Below, piece after piece: positions 1 through 11,519 of a stretch of DNA of 64,000 nt. The position numbers and the translations under genes were made by a program. The stretch comes from Gammaproteobacteria bacterium (GTDB lineage: Bacteria > Pseudomonadota > Gammaproteobacteria > Tenderiales > Tenderiaceae). The stretch's first letter is position 1. The number at the start of each line of letters is the position of its first letter. The stretch is taken from positions 9,901 to 73,900 of the forward strand of contig JACQEP010000001.1 of assembly GCA_016200485.1 (NCBI GenBank), in the 5' to 3' direction. The notes under the pieces are model-generated. The model saw only the letters and a program-made list of their open reading frames with translations, searched no databases and was not told the origin of the DNA.

Positions 1-2240
1 TTCTTCAACATATCTGCGGCCGCAATCACTTCACGCAGGATCGTACCTGATCCCATCAACTGCACCTTGCGCTTGCTATCACCACCGGCGCGGAACAAAT
101 ACAAGCCCTTGATGATACCCTCTTCCACACCTGCCGGCATGGCCGGATGGACATAGTTTTCGTTCATTGACGTGATGTAGAAGAACACATTTTCCTGCTT
201 GGCAATCATGCGCTCCAAACCGTTATGAATAATCACGGCCATTTCATAACTGAATGTCGGATCGTAGCTGACGCAGTTTGGAATTGTACCCGCCAGCACC
301 AAACCATGACCATCTTGATGTTGCAGACCTTCACCCGCCAGTGTGGTACGACCCGCGGTGGCACCGATCAAGAAACCGCGCGCTTGCATATCGCCCGAGG
401 CCCACGCCAAATCGCCGATGCGCTGGAAGCCGAACATCGAGTAATAAATGTAGAACGGAATGGTGCTGACACCATGCGCACTATACGACGTCGCCGCCGC
501 AATCCAGGATGACATCGAGCCCGCCTCATTGATCCCCTCTTCCAGGATCTGGCCACTCTTGTCTTCCTTATAGAACATGATTTCGTCTTTATCCTGCGGC
601 GTATAGAGCTGACCGACCGACGAATAAATCCCCAACTGGCGGAACATGCCCTCCATACCGAAGGTGCGCGCCTCGTCAGGCACGATCGGCACGATATGTT
701 TACCGATGTTCTTGTCACGACAGAGAATAGTCAGCATCCGCACATAGGCCATTGTGGTCGACATATCACGATCACCGCTGCCTTGCAGCAGCGGATCAAA
801 TACCGATAACGGCGGAATCTCCAGCGGCGTCACTTTATCGATACGTGTCGGCAGGTAACCTCCAAGCGCCGCACGGCACTCGCGCATGTGTTTCATTTCC
901 GGGCTGTCTTCAGATGGCTTGTAATACCTGCCTACTGCTGCATCTTCATCGCTCAATGGAATATTGAAGCGGTTGCGAAAGGCCAGCATTTCATCGGCAT
1001 CAAGTTTCTTCTGTGAGTGTGTACGATTCTGCGCCTCACCTGCGGCGCCAATGCCGTAACCTTTAACGGTTTGCGCCAGAATAACCGTCGGCTGCCCCGT
1101 ATGATTCACTGCGGCATGATAAGCAGCGTATACCTTGTGCGGGTCATGACCGCCACGGTTCAAGCGCCAGATATCCTCATCGGACATCTTGGCCACCATC
1201 GCCTTCAATTCAGGATATTTACCAAAGAAATGCTCGCGCACATAGGCGCCATCTTTGGATTTGTAATTCTGCAAATCGCCATCGACGACTTCCATCATGC
1301 GCTGGTGTAACAAACCATGCGTATCCGTCGCCAGCAGCGGATCCCAATAGCTACCCCACAGCACTTTAATAACATTCCAGCCCGCGCCACGGAAACTGGC
1401 TTCCAGATCCTGCACAATCTTGCCATTACCACGCACCGGGCCATCCAGACGTTGCAGATTGCAATTCACCACCCAAATCAGATTATCAAGTTTTTCACGG
1501 CCCGCGAGTGAAATCGCCCCCAGGCTCTCCGGCTCATCGGTTTCACCATCGCCCAGGAACCCCCACACCTTGCGACCCGTGGTATCCGACAGGCCGCGAT
1601 CTTGCAGATACTTCATGAATCGCGCCTGATAAATCGACATGATCGGCCCCAGGCCCATGGAAACCGTTGGGAACTGCCAGAACTCCGACATCAAATGCGG
1701 ATGCGGATAGGATGACAAACCATTGCCATCCACTTCCTGACGAAAACGATCCAACTGCTCCTCCGTCAAACGCCCCTCAATATAGGCACGCGCATACATA
1801 CCCGGCGCGGCATGGCCCTGGAAATAAATCAAATCACCGCGAGTGACATCGTTTGGGCCATGCCAAAAATGGCTGTAACCCACATCGTACAAGGTTGCTG
1901 CCGAAGCGAAGGTCGCGATATGACCACCCAACTCCGTACTCTTGCGATTCGCCTTCACCACCATCGCCATCGCGTTCCAGCGGATGTAGCTGCGAATCCG
2001 GTCTTCCAGCGCCTGATCGCCGGGAATCTGCGCTTCAAGGTGCGGCGGAATCGTGTTCACATAGGCTGTGTTTGGCGAATACGGCAGGTTCGCACCCGAA
2101 CGGCGCGCCTTGTCGATCAACTGCTCGAGCAAAAAGTGAGCCCGCTCGACGCCCTCGTTTTCAATCACCGATTCCAGCGCTTCAATCCACTCCTGGGTTT
2201 CCACGGCGTCGATATCGGGTAACTGTGTTTGCTGAGACAT
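1..2240 (-). CDS. aceE: Pyruvate dehydrogenase E1 component, N-terminal ~746 codons; the 3' end runs off the window start
   Basis: Absent from the ORF track because no stop lies inside the window. Hand translation of the reverse strand from the ATG at 2240-2238 gives MSQQTQLPDIDAVETQEWIEALESVIENEGVERAHFLLEQLIDKARRSG...GGHIATFASAATLYDVGYSHFWHG. The window edge reads ...MPAGVEEGIIKGLYLFRAGGDSKRKVQLMGSGTILREV. Both are typical of AceE. The + strand ORFs listed for 225-2257 are short R/H/P-rich shadow ORFs. Confidence 0.9.
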   Translation of the reverse strand, partial: MSQQTQLPDIDAVETQEWIEALESVIENEGVERAHFLLEQLIDKARRSGANLPYSPNTAYVNTIPPHLEAQIPGDQALEDRIRSYIRWNAMAMVVKANRKSTELGGHIATFASAATLYDVGYSHFWHGPNDVTRGDLIYFQGHAAPGMYARAYIEGRLTEEQLDRFRQEVDGNGLSSYPHPHLMSEFWQFPTVSMGLGPIMSIYQARFMKYLQDRGLSDTTGRKVWGFLGDGETDEPESLGAISLAGREKLDNLIWVVNCNLQRLDGPVRGNGKIVQDLEASFRGAGWNVIKVLWGSYWDPLLATDTHGLLHQRMMEVVDGDLQNYKSKDGAYVREHFFGKYPELKAMVAKMSDEDIWRLNRGGHDPHKVYAAYHAAVNHTGQPTVILAQTVKGYGIGAAGEAQNRTHSQKKLDADEMLAFRNRFNIPLSDEDAAVGRYYKPSEDSPEMKHMRECRAALGGYLPTRIDKVTPLEIPPLSVFDPLLQGSGDRDMSTTMAYVRMLTILCRDKNIGKHIVPIVPDEARTFGMEGMFRQLGIYSSVGQLYTPQDKDEIMFYKEDKSGQILEEGINEAGSMSSWIAAATSYSAHGVSTIPFYIYYSMFGFQRIGDLAWASGDMQARGFLIGATAGRTTLAGEGLQHQDGHGLVLAGTIPNCVSYDPTFSYEMAVIIHNGLERMIAKQENVFFYITSMNENYVHPAMPAGVEEGIIKGLYLFRAGGDSKRKVQLMGSGTILREVIAAADMLK

Positions 2241-2543
2241 TGGCTCCAACCTCTTAAAAAATTCAATTTGCCAGGCTAATAGACAGGGCGAGCGATGAAA
2301 ACGCAATCCCAAACGTTAGACCCCAAAACTGTAAAAATATCAGTGGTATCTATTTATATTTAAAGGGCCTATGGCCCTAGCCGCCTGGAAAAAGGCGATA
2401 TGATCGTGTTTTTGGCCGCCGAGGTCAAGGAAATTGCACTTTCGACCCACGTCGCGAATGTATAAATTTATTTAAAATACAGAAGGTTATTAATCCCCTC
2501 AGGAAGGACGGGGCTGCGATGATGGCGCCAGGGTTTAGGTTAG

Positions 2544-2596
2544 GGAACCTCTGATTAATCCGCTGAAGCAGCGTCTGCGGATTAATCAGAGGTTCC
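2544..2596. repeat. Perfect 20-bp inverted repeat with a 13-nt loop, downstream of pgi
   Basis: GGAACCTCTGATTAATCCGC (2544-2563), loop TGAAGCAGCGTCT, GCGGATTAATCAGAGGTTCC (2577-2596). It lies 48 nt past the pgi stop. There is no U-tract on either strand, so it is not a canonical intrinsic terminator. Confidence 0.8.
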
Positions 2597-2643
2597 TTAG
2601 GTGCAGAGTAGATATGCCACGCCCCGGCTAATCCACCTTAACA

Positions 2644-4302
<1,659 letters not shown>

Positions 4303-4349
4303 TTATGGTTTTATTATCTGCCCCTACATTGCCCGCGTAAAGGGCTAAA

Positions 4350-4470
4350 TGTAGGGTGGGTTAGCGTTTTTTGCGTAACCCACCAAGCATTGCGCAGCAA
4401 CACAAAACATTTTTTATGAGTGCCTAACGGCACACTTGGTGGGTTACGCCTTCGGCTAACCCACCCTACA
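4350..4470. repeat. Two inverted copies of a REP-like palindromic element between zwf and pgi
   Basis: Copy A (4350-4387) is TGTAGGGTGGGTTAGC-GTTTTTT-GCGTAACCCACCAAG. Copy B (4435-4470) is its reverse complement with loop CGAAG instead. Each copy holds an internal 9-bp stem, GGTGGGTTA/TAACCCACC. A partial piece, CCCTACA, sits at 4322-4328. Confidence 0.75.
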
Positions 4471-4482
4471 TTTATTTATATT

Positions 4483-5991
4483 CTAGTAAGCCTCAGAGCT
4501 CACGTCATTGCCATCGACATCCAGCGAGTGCCGCCAGAACTGATCCTCGCGATCGAACAGCCGGTAGGTGCCTCGCGGCCCCCAGGTGCCGGCGGTATAG
4601 GTATTGATGAAGTCCCGTTCCATCGACCAGACCTTGAGGATCGGGTCCACCACGCGCCAAGCCCACTCCACTTCATCGTAGCGCAAAAACAGCGAATGGT
4701 CGCCCTTCATCACGTCCAGCAACAAGTCTTCATAAGCATCGGCGATTTTGGCGCTCTTGTCATGATAACTCGCATCCAGACTGATGAGGCGTGTCTTCAT
4801 CGCGGTACCGTATTCCTTGACATTGATCTCCATCTTCAGGCAATCGTTAGGCTGAATACCGAGCATGATCCAGTTGGACTTGAATTGCTCAACCGGCGTA
4901 TCGCGGAACAATTGCTGCGGTGGATGTTTAAAACGAATGACAATTGCTGATTTGGACTCCGCCAGACGCTTGCCGGTACGCACGTAAAAAGGCACACCTT
5001 TCCAGCGCCAGTTATCAATGTAGAGTTTGAGCGCAGCATAAGTCTCGGTGGTGCTGTTCGGTGCCACACCCTCTTCTTCAAGATAACCCGGCACCGGCTT
5101 GCCATCGACATTACCGTGAGAATATTGGCCGCGGAAGGCATGAGCATGCACTGCGTTTTGCGGAATCGGGCGTACTGATTTCAGCACCTTTACCTTTTCA
5201 TCACGCAACGATTCGGCATCCATGCCCGCCGGCGGCTCCATCGCTACCAGGGCCAGCAACTGCATGAGATGGCTTTGGATCATGTCACGCAGCGCGCCGG
5301 CACCATCGTAATAATCGGCACGATTGCCGATACCCAAGGTTTCGGAATGTGTTATCTGCACGTGGTCGATGTAATTGCGATGCCAGAGCGGTTCCAACAA
5401 TAAATTGGAAAACCGAAACACCAACAGATTACGCACCGTGGCCTTACCCAGGTAATGATCGATGCGATAAATCTGCGATTCATCCAGGAAACGGCTCAGT
5501 CCCTTTTGCAAGGTTTGCGCGCTGAGCAGGTCGTAACCAAACGGTTTTTCGATAATAACGCGGCGCCAGCCCTCGCGTTGTTGCAAGAGCTCGACTTTAC
5601 CCAGATGCTCGATCACCGGACTGAATTCCGCAGGACGGATTGACATATAGAACATGGCATTGCGCGAAAAATGCTGCTCTTCCACAAAACGGCGGCGCAG
5701 ACCTTCATACATGCCGTCATCGTTGAGATCGCCCTGATGATAATACAGCCGCTGCGCAAAACGCTCGAAGACTGCGCGATCAAACCCTTGCGGATATTTT
5801 TGATTCAACATCTCCGCCACGGCTTCAATCCATTGCTCGCGACTCCATGGCCGCCGCGCAATGGCAAGAATCGTAGTCTCGCCCGGCAAGCGGCCCTCGG
5901 CTTCCAGCCGGAACAGCGCCGGCATTAATTTGATGCTGGAGAGATTACCGGTCGCGCCAAAAATGACGATGGTGCAAGGCTCAGCCTTCAT
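4483..5991 (-). CDS. zwf: Glucose-6-phosphate 1-dehydrogenase
   Basis: 502-aa ORF with an N-terminal IFGATGNLS dinucleotide-binding motif, EKPFG, and the RIDHYLGK signature. Confidence 0.95.
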   Translation of the reverse strand: MKAEPCTIVIFGATGNLSSIKLMPALFRLEAEGRLPGETTILAIARRPWSREQWIEAVAEMLNQKYPQGFDRAVFERFAQRLYYHQGDLNDDGMYEGLRRRFVEEQHFSRNAMFYMSIRPAEFSPVIEHLGKVELLQQREGWRRVIIEKPFGYDLLSAQTLQKGLSRFLDESQIYRIDHYLGKATVRNLLVFRFSNLLLEPLWHRNYIDHVQITHSETLGIGNRADYYDGAGALRDMIQSHLMQLLALVAMEPPAGMDAESLRDEKVKVLKSVRPIPQNAVHAHAFRGQYSHGNVDGKPVPGYLEEEGVAPNSTTETYAALKLYIDNWRWKGVPFYVRTGKRLAESKSAIVIRFKHPPQQLFRDTPVEQFKSNWIMLGIQPNDCLKMEINVKEYGTAMKTRLISLDASYHDKSAKIADAYEDLLLDVMKGDHSLFLRYDEVEWAWRVVDPILKVWSMERDFINTYTAGTWGPRGTYRLFDREDQFWRHSLDVDGNDVSSEAY

Positions 5992-6902
5992 TCACCGCCC
6001 CTCTTCACGGCATGACCGCCAAAGGCATTGCGCATCATCGACAACAGACGGTATTCATAACCTTCCTGATCCTGACTGGCAAAACGCATTTGCAGCGCCA
6101 GACTCAATACCGGTGCCGCGACGCCTTGGTCGATGGATTCAATCACCGTCCAGCGGCCTTCACCGGAATCGGCAACATAGGGTACGACATCCTTGAGATT
6201 CTGATCCTGCTTCAGGGCATCGGCCGTCAAATCCAGCAACCAGCTGCGCACCACCGAACCGTGACGCCACAATTCCGAAATCTGTGCCAGATCGAGATTG
6301 AATTCTTTCTTGCCGCGCATCAAGGCAAAACCTTCGGCCATCGCCTGCATCATGCCGTATTCAATGCCGTTGTGAATCATTTTGGTGAAGTGACCCGCGC
6401 CTGCAGGCCCGACATGCGCCCAGCCGTAATCCTTGCCCGGCGCCAACACCTTGATCGCTGGTTCGATGGTGCGCACTGCACTCGGTGTGCCACCCACCAT
6501 CAAACAGTAACCGTTCTCCAAACCCCAGACACCGCCAGACGTTCCGGCATCGACAAAACCGATACCATGCTGCTCCAGCAGCGCGCCACGGCGTTGGCTG
6601 TCGTGATAATTGGAATTACCACCGTCGATGACAACATCACCTTGCTCCAGCAACGTGATCAATTCTTCAATGGCCTGCTCGGTCGGCGCCCCTGCGGGCA
6701 GCATCAACCATACAACACGCGGTGCTTTCAATTTTGTCACCGCGTCCGCCAGCGAGCTGGCTGCAATCATGCCTTCTTCTTTGACCAGAGTTTTAACGAT
6801 GTCTTGCGAGCGGTTAAAACCGACCACCTCAACTCCCCCTCGGCGCAAGCGGCGTGTCATGTTGCCACCCATCTTGCCCAAACCGATCATTGCCATCCGC
6901 AT
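5988..6902 (-). CDS. gnd: 6-phosphogluconate dehydrogenase, decarboxylating, short (~300 aa) type
   Basis: 304-aa ORF with the N-terminal Rossmann motif MIGLGKMGGNM and overall Gnd/YqeC-like sequence. Its stop overlaps the zwf start as ATGA (5988-5991). Confidence 0.85.
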   Translation of the reverse strand: MRMAMIGLGKMGGNMTRRLRRGGVEVVGFNRSQDIVKTLVKEEGMIAASSLADAVTKLKAPRVVWLMLPAGAPTEQAIEELITLLEQGDVVIDGGNSNYHDSQRRGALLEQHGIGFVDAGTSGGVWGLENGYCLMVGGTPSAVRTIEPAIKVLAPGKDYGWAHVGPAGAGHFTKMIHNGIEYGMMQAMAEGFALMRGKKEFNLDLAQISELWRHGSVVRSWLLDLTADALKQDQNLKDVVPYVADSGEGRWTVIESIDQGVAAPVLSLALQMRFASQDQEGYEYRLLSMMRNAFGGHAVKRGGE

Positions 6903-7088
6903 TGGATTATCCTCTCAAAAAAACATTTCGACCTTACCTGGTCAACCCCAACAAACCCTACTTAGAAAAGAATAGACAAACTTGGCCGGATCTTTTTCAA
7001 TATCTTGCTAGCTGAGTCTTGATTCTATCTATATGGTCGTCTAATTAGCGGAAAACTTAAGAATAAACGGATACACTACCTCATAATT

Positions 7089-8573
7089 ATGAAAAAAATT
7101 TACAATATTTTATTTGTCGCCAGCGAGGCGCATCCGTTAATCAAAACCGGCGGCCTGGGCGATGTCGCGGGTAGTTTACCACCCGCCCTCAAGGCACAGC
7201 ATCACGATGTACGCATCATCATGCCGGGCTATCGCGCGGCAATGCAAAAGGCAGAAAAACTGTGTTTTGCGAGTTTGAAACTGGAAGGCGTCCCGGAAAC
7301 GGTGCGGTTGCTGACCGGCAAACTTCCCGGCACCAATGTCCAACTCTATCTAGTAGATTCACCCGCCCATTTCGACCGCCCCGGCGGCCCCTATCTCGAC
7401 CCGGATGGTCATGACTGGGGCGATAATGCCGAACGCTTCGCCACCTTTGCCCAGACAGTAGTCAGCGTTGCTCTCAACAAAGCGGGGCAGGACTGGATAC
7501 CCGACATCGTTCACTGCAACGACTGGCAAAGTGGACTGATCCCGGCCATGCTCTCGCTTTATCCGCGTCGTCCGGCAACGGTGTTTACCATCCATAATTT
7601 GGCCTATCACGGCCATTTTCATAAGGACACCTTCGCCCTGCTGTCACTCCCGCATCAACTATGGGGAATTGACGCCCTGGAATTTTATGATGGCCTCTCC
7701 TTCATCAAAGGCGGACTGGCCTTTGCTGACATGATCAATACCGTGAGCCCGACTTACGCTGAGGAGATCCGCACCCCGGCCTTCGGTCACGGCATGGAAG
7801 GGCTGATCAATCATCGCGGCGACCGGCTACGCGGCATCCTCAATGGCGCCGATTACAAGGAATGGGATCCAGCCACTGATCCCCGTCTGACCGCGCATTT
7901 CGATGCCCGCCACCTCAATGGCAAGGCCACCAACAAACAACACCTGCAAAAACAATTTGGGCTGCGACAAGATCCCAAGGTACCGCTACTGGCCACGGTT
8001 GGGCGCCTGGTCGAACAAAAAGGCGTGGATCTGATCATGGCCAATCTGCCACGGCTCATCGAGCTCGGCGCCCAGATCGCCATTGTCGGCAGCGGCGACA
8101 AAATAATGCAAAAAGCGCTACAGGATTTTGCCAAACCCTATCCCTCGCAAATCGGGGTCTTCATCGGCTTCAACGAGGCACTGGCGCATCTGGTCGAGGC
8201 CGGCGCCGACATGTTCCTCATGCCCTCACGCTTTGAACCTTGTGGATTGAATCAGATTTATAGCCTGCGTTATGGCACGGTACCGATTGTGCGCCACACT
8301 GGCGGGCTGGCAGACACCGTGATCGATGCCAGCGAGGAAAACTTCGCTGCGGGCGCCGCCACCGGTTTTACCTTCGACCACGCCACCCCGGAAGCGCTAC
8401 GCATAGCCATTGATCGTGCCGTCGATTGTTACCGTCATCAGCCCCAGCGCTGGCAGAGCCTGATCACCAATGGCATGAAGCAGGATTTCAGCTGGCACCA
8501 GAGCGCCAAGCACTATCTGGACCTCTATGCCGAGGCGCTGAGCCATCGCGACCGCGCCGTCCACGCGGGTTAA
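7089..8573 (+). CDS. glgA: Glycogen synthase (ADP-glucose type)
   Basis: 494-aa ORF with N-terminal SEAHPLIKTGGLGDVAGSLP (KTGGL motif) and C-terminal GT1 features (PSRFEPCGL). Confidence 0.95.
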   Translation: MKKIYNILFVASEAHPLIKTGGLGDVAGSLPPALKAQHHDVRIIMPGYRAAMQKAEKLCFASLKLEGVPETVRLLTGKLPGTNVQLYLVDSPAHFDRPGGPYLDPDGHDWGDNAERFATFAQTVVSVALNKAGQDWIPDIVHCNDWQSGLIPAMLSLYPRRPATVFTIHNLAYHGHFHKDTFALLSLPHQLWGIDALEFYDGLSFIKGGLAFADMINTVSPTYAEEIRTPAFGHGMEGLINHRGDRLRGILNGADYKEWDPATDPRLTAHFDARHLNGKATNKQHLQKQFGLRQDPKVPLLATVGRLVEQKGVDLIMANLPRLIELGAQIAIVGSGDKIMQKALQDFAKPYPSQIGVFIGFNEALAHLVEAGADMFLMPSRFEPCGLNQIYSLRYGTVPIVRHTGGLADTVIDASEENFAAGAATGFTFDHATPEALRIAIDRAVDCYRHQPQRWQSLITNGMKQDFSWHQSAKHYLDLYAEALSHRDRAVHAG

Positions 8574-8657
8574 CCCCGTCGCTACTTAATGGGTGTATAA
8601 TCCTGGCCTTTTGTTGGGCCGGACTCTTCCCGGCGACACCCACAACCGCGATCACAT

Positions 8658-11453
8658 GTGAGCCTCATGACCGATACCAAGCTGCGTGCCCGCGTCAAAT
8701 TGTTTGGCAACACGCTGGGCAACATTCTGCGCGCCCAGGCCGGCGGCCGTGTCTATGCCTCCGTCGAAGCCCTGCGCAAGGGCTATATCGACCTACGTGA
8801 AGAGCCGACGCCACAAAAACGTAAACGCCTGGCACGCCTGATCGACAACCTCGATCCCGCCACCCTCACGCAAGTGGTCCGTGCCTTCAGCATTTATTTC
8901 AGTCTGGTCAACATCGCCGAAGAAGCCTCGCAGCATGAACAACGCCGCGCCATGCTCCGCGCCAGCGCGAAAAAGCCGCTTTGGGTCGGCTCTTTCGATG
9001 CCACGTTGCGCGAATTCAAACAGGATAATTTAAGCCCCGAACAGGTTCAGACCATTCTCGATCATATGGCTTATTACCCGGTCATTACTGCGCACCCCAC
9101 CGAAGCCAAGCGGCGAATGGTAAAAGAATCGATGCGCCGCATTTTCATTATCAGTGAACGCGCCATCGATGATCGCCTGAGCAAAATGGAACGTGAAGAC
9201 TTTGTGCGCCAGCTTGAAAGTGAAATTCAAATTCTGTGGAAGACCGACGAGGTGCGTGTTCAGCGCCCCAAGGTCGAAGACGAAATTCGCGGCGGAATCG
9301 GTTATTTTCAGGATTGCTTGTTCGAAGCAGTGCCCACCGTGTATCGCTTTCTCGAACGCGCATTAAATCGCGTCTATGCCGAGGAAAATCATAACTTCGA
9401 GGTACCGAGCTTCCTACGCTTCGGCTCCTGGATCGGCGGTGACCGTGACGGCAACCCCAATGTCACTCCTGCTACGACCGTGTTTGCTATCCAACTCCAG
9501 GCCCGCGCCGCGCTCAGCGAATATCTCAATCGATTAACAGAATTAACACGCATCCTGACGCTATCAAGTTCGCTTTGCCATCCGTCCCGAGCCTTTGCCG
9601 AATCACTGGAAAAGGATGAACCGCTGTTTAGCTTGGCGTTCCCCGGTGATCCGCAGCGCTTTAGTAATGAGCCCTATCGCCGAAAACTGTTCCTGATGCG
9701 TTATCGTCTCGAACGAAATCTCACTGCCGTGCGTAAAATGCTGGGTGAACCGGTACATGAAAGCACTTGGCATCCTTATGAAAACGAACATGAATTACTG
9801 CAAGATCTTTACTTAATCCGCGACTCGTTAATCAGCCATGGTGATGGCAATATCGCCAATGGCAAACTTAAAGACTTAATCCGATTAGTAGAAACCTTTG
9901 GTTTCTTTCTGATGCATCTCGATGTGCGGCAAGAATCTGGCCGCCACACCAGCGCGGTCGCCGAATTGCTCGAACAAGGATTTGACAACACCACTTACAA
10001 TAATCTCGACGAAGCGCAACGGCTCAACACACTCTCTGAGCTGATCGTCAACAAACGCATACCGACCATTGATCGTGAACGTCTGACACCCGCGACACGC
10101 CAAACGCTGGAAGTGTTTGATGTCATGCGCCGCATGCAACGCGAAATCAGCCCGCGCGCCTTCGGCAGCTACGTCATCTCGATGACACATGCCGCCAGCC
10201 ACGTGATGGAAGTCATGTTCCTGGCACGCCTGGCCAATCTCGCCAATCCGGCCGAACAACGCTGCGATATTCGTATCGCGCCATTGTTTGAAACGATTGA
10301 AGATTTAAGCCACATCGAATCGGTGATGGAGCAATTGCTCGGCAATGCCACCTACCGCCAGTTAATCGAGCACTCTGGTAATCTCCAAGAAGTCATGCTC
10401 GGCTACTCCGACTCCTGCAAGGACGGCGGCATTCTTGCCTCCAGCTGGAGTCTGTACGAAGCACAAATCAAGATCACCACGATTGCCAAGCGACATGACA
10501 TCAAATGCCGCCTGTTTCATGGCCGCGGTGGTTCTATCGGCCGCGGCGGCGGCCCCACGCATGATGCCATTCTCTCGCAACCGGCAGGTACCGTCTTCGG
10601 CGAAATCAAATTCACCGAACAGGGTGAAGTCTTGTCGTATAAATACAGCAACCAGGAAACCGCCACCTACGAACTCAGCATGGGCGCCACCGGCCTGATG
10701 AAGGCCAGCCGCTCCCTGGTCACACCGCACAAGCAGGAACCGGAGGAATACCTCGAAATCATGCGCACGCTGGTACGTGATGGTGAACAGGCGTATCGCG
10801 ATCTCACCGACCACACACCGAAATTTCTCGATTATTTCTACGAAGCCACACCACTCAGCGAAATCGGCCTGCTCAATATCGGATCGCGTCCTTCGCATCG
10901 CACCAAAGGTGATCGTTCGAAGAGTTCCGTGCGCGCCATCGCCTGGGTCTTCGGCTGGGCGCAATCACGCCACACCCTGCCTGCCTGGTATGGTATTGGT
11001 ACCGCCCTCGAACGCTGGTGCAACAACTCGCCGGAGCGAATCTCCACCTTGCAAGCGATGTATCAGGACTGGCCATATTTCCGCGCCCTGCTTAGCAATA
11101 CCCAGATGGCCGTGTTCAAGGCCGACATGGGCATTGCCGCCGAATATGCCGAACTCTGCCTCGACCCCGAGACCACAAACAGCATCTTCCCCCGGATACG
11201 TAACGAATACGACCACACGGTCAAAAACTTCCTCCGCGTCGCCCAGGCCAACGCGCTGCTCGAGGATAACCCGACCCTGCTCTGGTCACTGAATCGGCGT
11301 AACCCTTATCTGGACCCGCTCAACCACATCCAGATTACCCTACTCAAACGCTACCGCGACACCAATCTGCCGGAAGAAGAACGCGCTGTCTGGCTCGATC
11401 CGCTGCTGCGCACCATCAACGCCATTGCCGCCGGGGTACGAAACACAGGTTAA
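8658..11453 (+). CDS. ppc: Phosphoenolpyruvate carboxylase
   Basis: 931-aa ORF with TAHPTE, GYSDSCKDGG, FHGRGGSIGRGGGP and the C-terminal GVRNTG signature. The listed start is a GTG. The in-frame ATG at 8667 is an equally plausible start. Confidence 0.95.
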   Translation: MSLMTDTKLRARVKLFGNTLGNILRAQAGGRVYASVEALRKGYIDLREEPTPQKRKRLARLIDNLDPATLTQVVRAFSIYFSLVNIAEEASQHEQRRAMLRASAKKPLWVGSFDATLREFKQDNLSPEQVQTILDHMAYYPVITAHPTEAKRRMVKESMRRIFIISERAIDDRLSKMEREDFVRQLESEIQILWKTDEVRVQRPKVEDEIRGGIGYFQDCLFEAVPTVYRFLERALNRVYAEENHNFEVPSFLRFGSWIGGDRDGNPNVTPATTVFAIQLQARAALSEYLNRLTELTRILTLSSSLCHPSRAFAESLEKDEPLFSLAFPGDPQRFSNEPYRRKLFLMRYRLERNLTAVRKMLGEPVHESTWHPYENEHELLQDLYLIRDSLISHGDGNIANGKLKDLIRLVETFGFFLMHLDVRQESGRHTSAVAELLEQGFDNTTYNNLDEAQRLNTLSELIVNKRIPTIDRERLTPATRQTLEVFDVMRRMQREISPRAFGSYVISMTHAASHVMEVMFLARLANLANPAEQRCDIRIAPLFETIEDLSHIESVMEQLLGNATYRQLIEHSGNLQEVMLGYSDSCKDGGILASSWSLYEAQIKITTIAKRHDIKCRLFHGRGGSIGRGGGPTHDAILSQPAGTVFGEIKFTEQGEVLSYKYSNQETATYELSMGATGLMKASRSLVTPHKQEPEEYLEIMRTLVRDGEQAYRDLTDHTPKFLDYFYEATPLSEIGLLNIGSRPSHRTKGDRSKSSVRAIAWVFGWAQSRHTLPAWYGIGTALERWCNNSPERISTLQAMYQDWPYFRALLSNTQMAVFKADMGIAAEYAELCLDPETTNSIFPRIRNEYDHTVKNFLRVAQANALLEDNPTLLWSLNRRNPYLDPLNHIQITLLKRYRDTNLPEEERAVWLDPLLRTINAIAAGVRNTG

Positions 11454-11466
11454 CAATCTATTCAGC

Positions 11467-11497
11467 TCCGACATCCATGATTTCATGGGGTGTCGGA
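11467..11497. terminator. Hairpin between the convergent ppc and membrane-sensor genes
   Basis: TCCGACA (11467-11473) pairs with TGTCGGA (11491-11497), with an inner CATG/CATG pairing. It sits in the 66-nt gap between two convergent stops. The U-tract is weak. Confidence 0.4.
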
Positions 11498-11519
11498 ACA
11501 CTTTGCGCCCGATAACCCT

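Noticed and set aside
6012-6965. 317-aa ORF on the + strand
   Set aside because: It is entirely antisense to the well-supported gnd gene. The translation is His/Arg/Gln/Thr-rich with no recognisable motifs, which is typical of a shadow ORF in GC-biased coding DNA.
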